Shown here: positions 59,807 to 64,000 of the stretch, piece by piece
Layout: every line of letters begins with the position of its first letter
Position numbering within the stretch: position 1 is the stretch's first letter
From: Auanema rhodensis
Taxonomy: Eukaryota; Animalia; Nematoda
Assembly: GCA_964057225.1 (NCBI GenBank)
Contig: OZ059895.1
Location: 13,206,001 to 13,270,000, forward strand
Direction of reading: 5' to 3'
DNA: 64,000 nucleotides
The notes under the pieces: model-generated
Databases searched by the model: none
What the model was told of the DNA's origin: nothing
What the model saw: the letters and a program-made list of their open reading frames with translations, nothing else
Position numbers and translations under genes: made by a program

Positions 59807-60240
59807 TATTGTTTCTCACGGGCTTGAATAAAATAGAATAGTTTATGGTTTATGAGTAGGAAGTTTTACGAAGAGAAAAAAAAATAGATGATTCAAGAAT
59901 ATGTTTTGGTATTTTTTTTTTTTTTTTTTTGAAAATGTCTTATAAATGATAATGAATAAATGTTTTTAAAGTATTTTATAAATAGATTATGACAATAAAT
60001 GTTTTGATTTGTTTGTTTCAAAAGAGTTTTCATGCATTATATGCTTTTAATATATATGAAATAAAAGAATGAAGTAAAGATAAAATTCGGGTAACATTTA
60101 GGAGATAAAATTGACAATTTTAGAAATAGAAGTTTGAATATTATATAAAGTTTTGATATGAAGGATAAAAGATTTTGAATACAAAAAGGATTTCGAAAAG
60201 TAGCGGAAATGGTCCATAGAGATCCGTCCGTTATAGACGG

Positions 60241-60258
60241 ATCTCGGTGGAACCTCCA
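60241..60258 (-). promoter_or_regulatory. Primer-binding site, tRNA-Gln
   Basis: TGGAGGTTCCACCGAGAT on the minus strand, directly abutting the 5' LTR. Confidence 0.9.
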
Positions 60259-60644
60259 CGTTCCATTTGATTGCCCTAGGGTTCCGACTAGGGTTTCAGA
60301 TGGATTTTGTGCAAGGATTTCATTGTTCAACAAGTAGATAAATTAGCAACCGTTTTATTATATAGAGAAAACTACAATAGGAAATGTTATAAACTACAAA
60401 CAAGTAATGTTAAAGTCTAAAACTACATGATAGAAGATCTCTCTTAGTGTGTTTTCTACGGGTTTATATAGCAAACTATAGAATGTAAAAAGTGAATGAA
60501 TTTGTATAAAAAGAATTACGTTCCACCTTATTCCGTGGAATCTTTTATAAAAAAACTTTCGAATTCTAGTTTCTTATTTTATTTGATTAAACTAAAGTCG
60601 GTTGACGTAGTCAACCGCCTTCTCTATAAGTTATGTATGGAACA
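60259..60644 (-). repeat. Element B 5' LTR
   Basis: TGTTCCAT...ATGGAACG on the minus strand; TATATAAACCC and AATAAA present. Confidence 0.96.
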
Positions 60645-63600
60645 ATAACTAACATGAAATTGGAAAAAAAACAATAACGAGGATAAGTATGTAAATCATT
60701 GAATATCAGATATTTTCGCTTACGACCATACCACGTTGAAAGTACGCCATCCCGTCCGATCTGGCAAGTCAAGCAACGTTGGGCCCGGTTAGTACTTGGA
60801 TCGGAGACGGCTTGGGAATCCCGGGTGCCGTAAGCTTTTCAATTTTTTTTAACGATCATACCACGTTGAAAGTACGCAATGCAGCTGATTTTCAATTTTA
60901 TCTCTTCCGTAACAAATGTTTTCAATTTTCTAGCAGTTTTACTTAGATAGCTCAACCCAAGGCATCAAAATATCTTCAATCTTATTTCTATATTACAGTT
61001 ATAAACCAGTAGTTTATGAACCTTCATCTTAACTTTACTGTTTCTATCTATTTCCTATTGAAACAAACATTGTTTTAACACTATACAACTGTGAAACCTT
61101 TTTTAATTTATTGTATTTGGTGCTCATAAGATTTGATATCATCGAGGAATTTAGATGTAACGTAGAAAATTACATAACTAACATGAAATTAGAAAAAAAA
61201 CAATAACGAGGATAAGTATGTAAATCATTGAATATCAGATATTTTCGCTTACGACCATACCACGTTGAAAGTACGCCATCCCGTCCGATCTGGCAAGTCA
61301 AGCAACGTTGGGCCCGGTTAGTACTTGGATCGGAGACGGCTTGGGAATCCCGGGTGCCGTAAGCTTTTCAAATTTTTTTAACGATCATACCACGTTGAAA
61401 GTACGCCGTGCAGCTGATTTTCAATTTTATCTCTTCCGTAACAAATGTTTTTAATTTTCTAGCAGTTTTACTTAGATAGCTCAACCCAAGGCATCAAAAT
61501 ATCTTCAATCTTATTTCTATATTACAGTTATAAACCAGTAGTTTATGAACCTTCATCTTAACTTTACTGTTTCTATCTATTTCCTATTGAAACAAACATT
61601 GTTTTAACACTATACAACTGTGAAACCTTTTTTAATTTATTGTATTTGGTGCTCATAAGATTTGATATCATCGAGGAATTTAGATGTAACGTAGAAAATT
61701 ACATAACTAACATGAAATTGGAAAAAAAACAATAACGAGGATAAGTATGTAAATCATTGAATATCAGGTATTTTCGCTTACGACCATACCACGTTGAAAG
61801 TACGCCATCCTGTCCGATCTGGCAAGTCAAGCAACGTTGGGCCCGGTTAGTACTTGGATCGGAGACGGCTTGGGAATCCCGGGTGCCGTAAGCTTTTCAA
61901 TTTTTTTTAACGATCATACCACGTTGAAAGTACGCAATGCAGCTGATTTTCAATTTTATCTCTTCCGTAACAAATGTTTTTAATTCTCTAGCAGTTTTAC
62001 TTAGATAGCTCAACCCAAGGCATCAAAATATCTTCAATCTTATTTCTATATTACAGTTATAAACCAGTAGTTTATGAACCTTCATCTTAACTTTACTGTT
62101 TCTATCTATTTCCTATTGAAACAAACATTGTTTTAACACTATACAACTGTGAAACCTTTTTTAATTTATTGTATTTGGAGCTCATAAGATTTGATATCAT
62201 CGAGGAATTTAGATGTAACGTAGAAAATTACATAACTAACATGAAATTGGAAAAAAAACAATAACGAGGATAAGTATGTAAATCATTGAATATCAGGTAT
62301 TTTCGCTTACGACCATACCACGTTGAAAGAACGCCATCCCGTCCGATCTGGAAAGTCAAGCAACGTTGGGCCCGGTTAGTACTTGGATCGGAGACGGCTT
62401 GGGAATCCCGGGTGCCGTAAGCTTTTCAATTTTTTTTAACGATCATACCACGTTGAAAGTACGCAATGCAGCTGATTTTCAATTTTATCTCTTCCGTAAC
62501 AAATGTTTTTAATTTTCTAGCAGTTTTACTTAGATAGCTCAACCCAAGGCATCAAAATATCTTCAATCTTATTTCTATATTACAGTTATAAACCAGTAGT
62601 TTATGAACCTTCATCTTAACTTTACTGTTTCTATCTATTTCCTATTGAAACAAACATTGTTTTAACACTATACAACTGTGAAACCTTTTTTAATTTATTG
62701 TATTTGGAGCTCATAAGATTTGATATCATCGAGGAATTTAGATGTAACGTAGAAAATTACATAACTAACATGAAATTGGAAAAAAAACAATAACGAGGAT
62801 AAGTATGTAAATCATTGAATATCAGGTATTTTCGCTTACGACCATACCACGTTGAAAGAACGCCATCCCGTCCGATCTGGAAAGTCAAGCAACGTTGGGC
62901 CCGGTTAGTACTTGGATCGGAGACGGCTTGGGAATCCCGGGTGCCGTAAGCTTTTCAATTTTTTTTAACGATCATACCACGTTGAAAGTACGCAATGCAG
63001 CTGATTTTCAATTTTATCTCTTCCGTAACAAATGTTTTTAATTTTCTAGCAGTTTTACTTAGATAGCTCAACCCAAGGCATCAAAATATCTTCAATCTTA
63101 TTTCTATATTACAGTTATAAACCAGTAGTTTATGAACCTTCATCTTAACTTTACTGTTTCTATCTATTTCCTATTGAAACAAACATTGTTTTAACACTAT
63201 ACAACTGTGAAACCTTTTTTAATTTATTGTATTTGGAGCTCATAAGATTTGATATCATCGAGGAATTTAGATGTAACGTAGAAAATTACATAACTAACAT
63301 GAAATTGGAAAAAAAACAATAACGAGGATAAGTATGTAAATCATTGAATATCAGGTATTTTCGCTTACGACCATACCACGTTGAAAGTACGCCATCCCGT
63401 CCGATCTGGCAAGTCAAGCAACGTTGGGCCCGGTTAGTACTTGGATCGGAGACGGCTTGGGAATCCCGGGTGCCGTAAGCTTTTCAATTTTTTTTAACGA
63501 TCATACCACGTTGAAAGTACGCAATGCAGCTGATTTTCAATTTTATCTCTTCCGTAACAAATGTTTTTAATTTTCTAGCAGTTTTACTTAGATAGCTCAA

Positions 63601-64000
63601 CCCAAGGCATCAAAATATCTTCAATCTTATTTCTATATTACAGTTATAAACCAGTAGTTTATGAACCTTCATCTTAACTTTACTGTTTCTATCTATTTCC
63701 TATTGAAACAAACATTGTTTTAACACTATACAACTGTGAAACCTTTTTTAATTTATTGTATTTGGAGCTCATAAGATTTGATATCATCGAGGAATTTAGA
63801 TGTAACGTAGAAAATTACATAACTAACATGAAATTGGAAAAAAAACAATAACGAGGATAAGTATGTAAATCATTGAATATCAGATATTTTCGCTTACGAC
63901 CATACCACGTTGAAAGTACGCCATCCCGTCCGATCTGGCAAGTCAAGCAACGTTGGGCCCGGTTAGTACTTGGATCGGAGACGGCTTGGGAATCCCGGGT
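60645..64000 (+). repeat. 5S rDNA array, right arm part 3 (5S at 60718, 61247, 61776, 62305, 62834, 63363; partial copy at 63892)
   Basis: 529-bp period continuing to the window edge. Confidence 0.96.
60718..60836 (+). rRNA. 5S rRNA adjacent to the element B 5' LTR
   Basis: 119-nt consensus copy. Confidence 0.96.

Larger units (their letters stand above)
49100..60644 (-). mobile_element. Element B: full-length Ty3/Gypsy-type LTR retroelement with internal env (11,545 bp)
   Basis: 386-bp LTRs, TSD ATAA (49096-49099 / 60645-60648), PBS, intact 2914-aa ORF collinear with element A. Confidence 0.97.

Noticed and set aside
60241-60258. tRNA gene fragment (ATCTCGGTGGAACCTCCA)
   Set aside because: Only 18 nt, includes the CCA and abuts the LTR: it is the PBS.

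Overview
Eukaryotic, AT-rich DNA; the 5S sequence (GCTTACGACCATACCACGTTG...GTAAGCT) is nematode-type. About 40 kb is a tandem 5S rDNA array with a 529-bp unit: by manual count 63 full 119-nt genes, one partial copy at the right edge and 15 shortened 399-bp units that have lost most of the gene. The array changes orientation at ~19.2-19.6 kb, exactly at a 339-bp solo LTR that has no target-site duplication. Two intact, related but divergent Ty3/Gypsy-type (Metaviridae-like) LTR elements are inserted in the right arm: element A 35184-47513 (+) and element B 49100-60644 (-). Each encodes one ~3000-aa polyprotein in the unusual order Gag - signal peptide / class III (herpes gB / rhabdovirus G-like) fusion glycoprotein with furin site, mucin-like region and TM anchor - protease - RT - RNase H - integrase, followed by an unknown ~210-aa accessory ORF. 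Both have a tRNA-Gln PBS, TG...CG termini, 4-bp TSDs and a covarying structured leader RNA. All three 5S-proximal insertion junctions lie 58-73 bp upstream of a 5S start, suggesting a Pol III/5S-targeted enveloped retroelement family. About 280 bp of the 5S spacer itself looks like a decayed LTR of the same family. All alignments and counts were done by eye.
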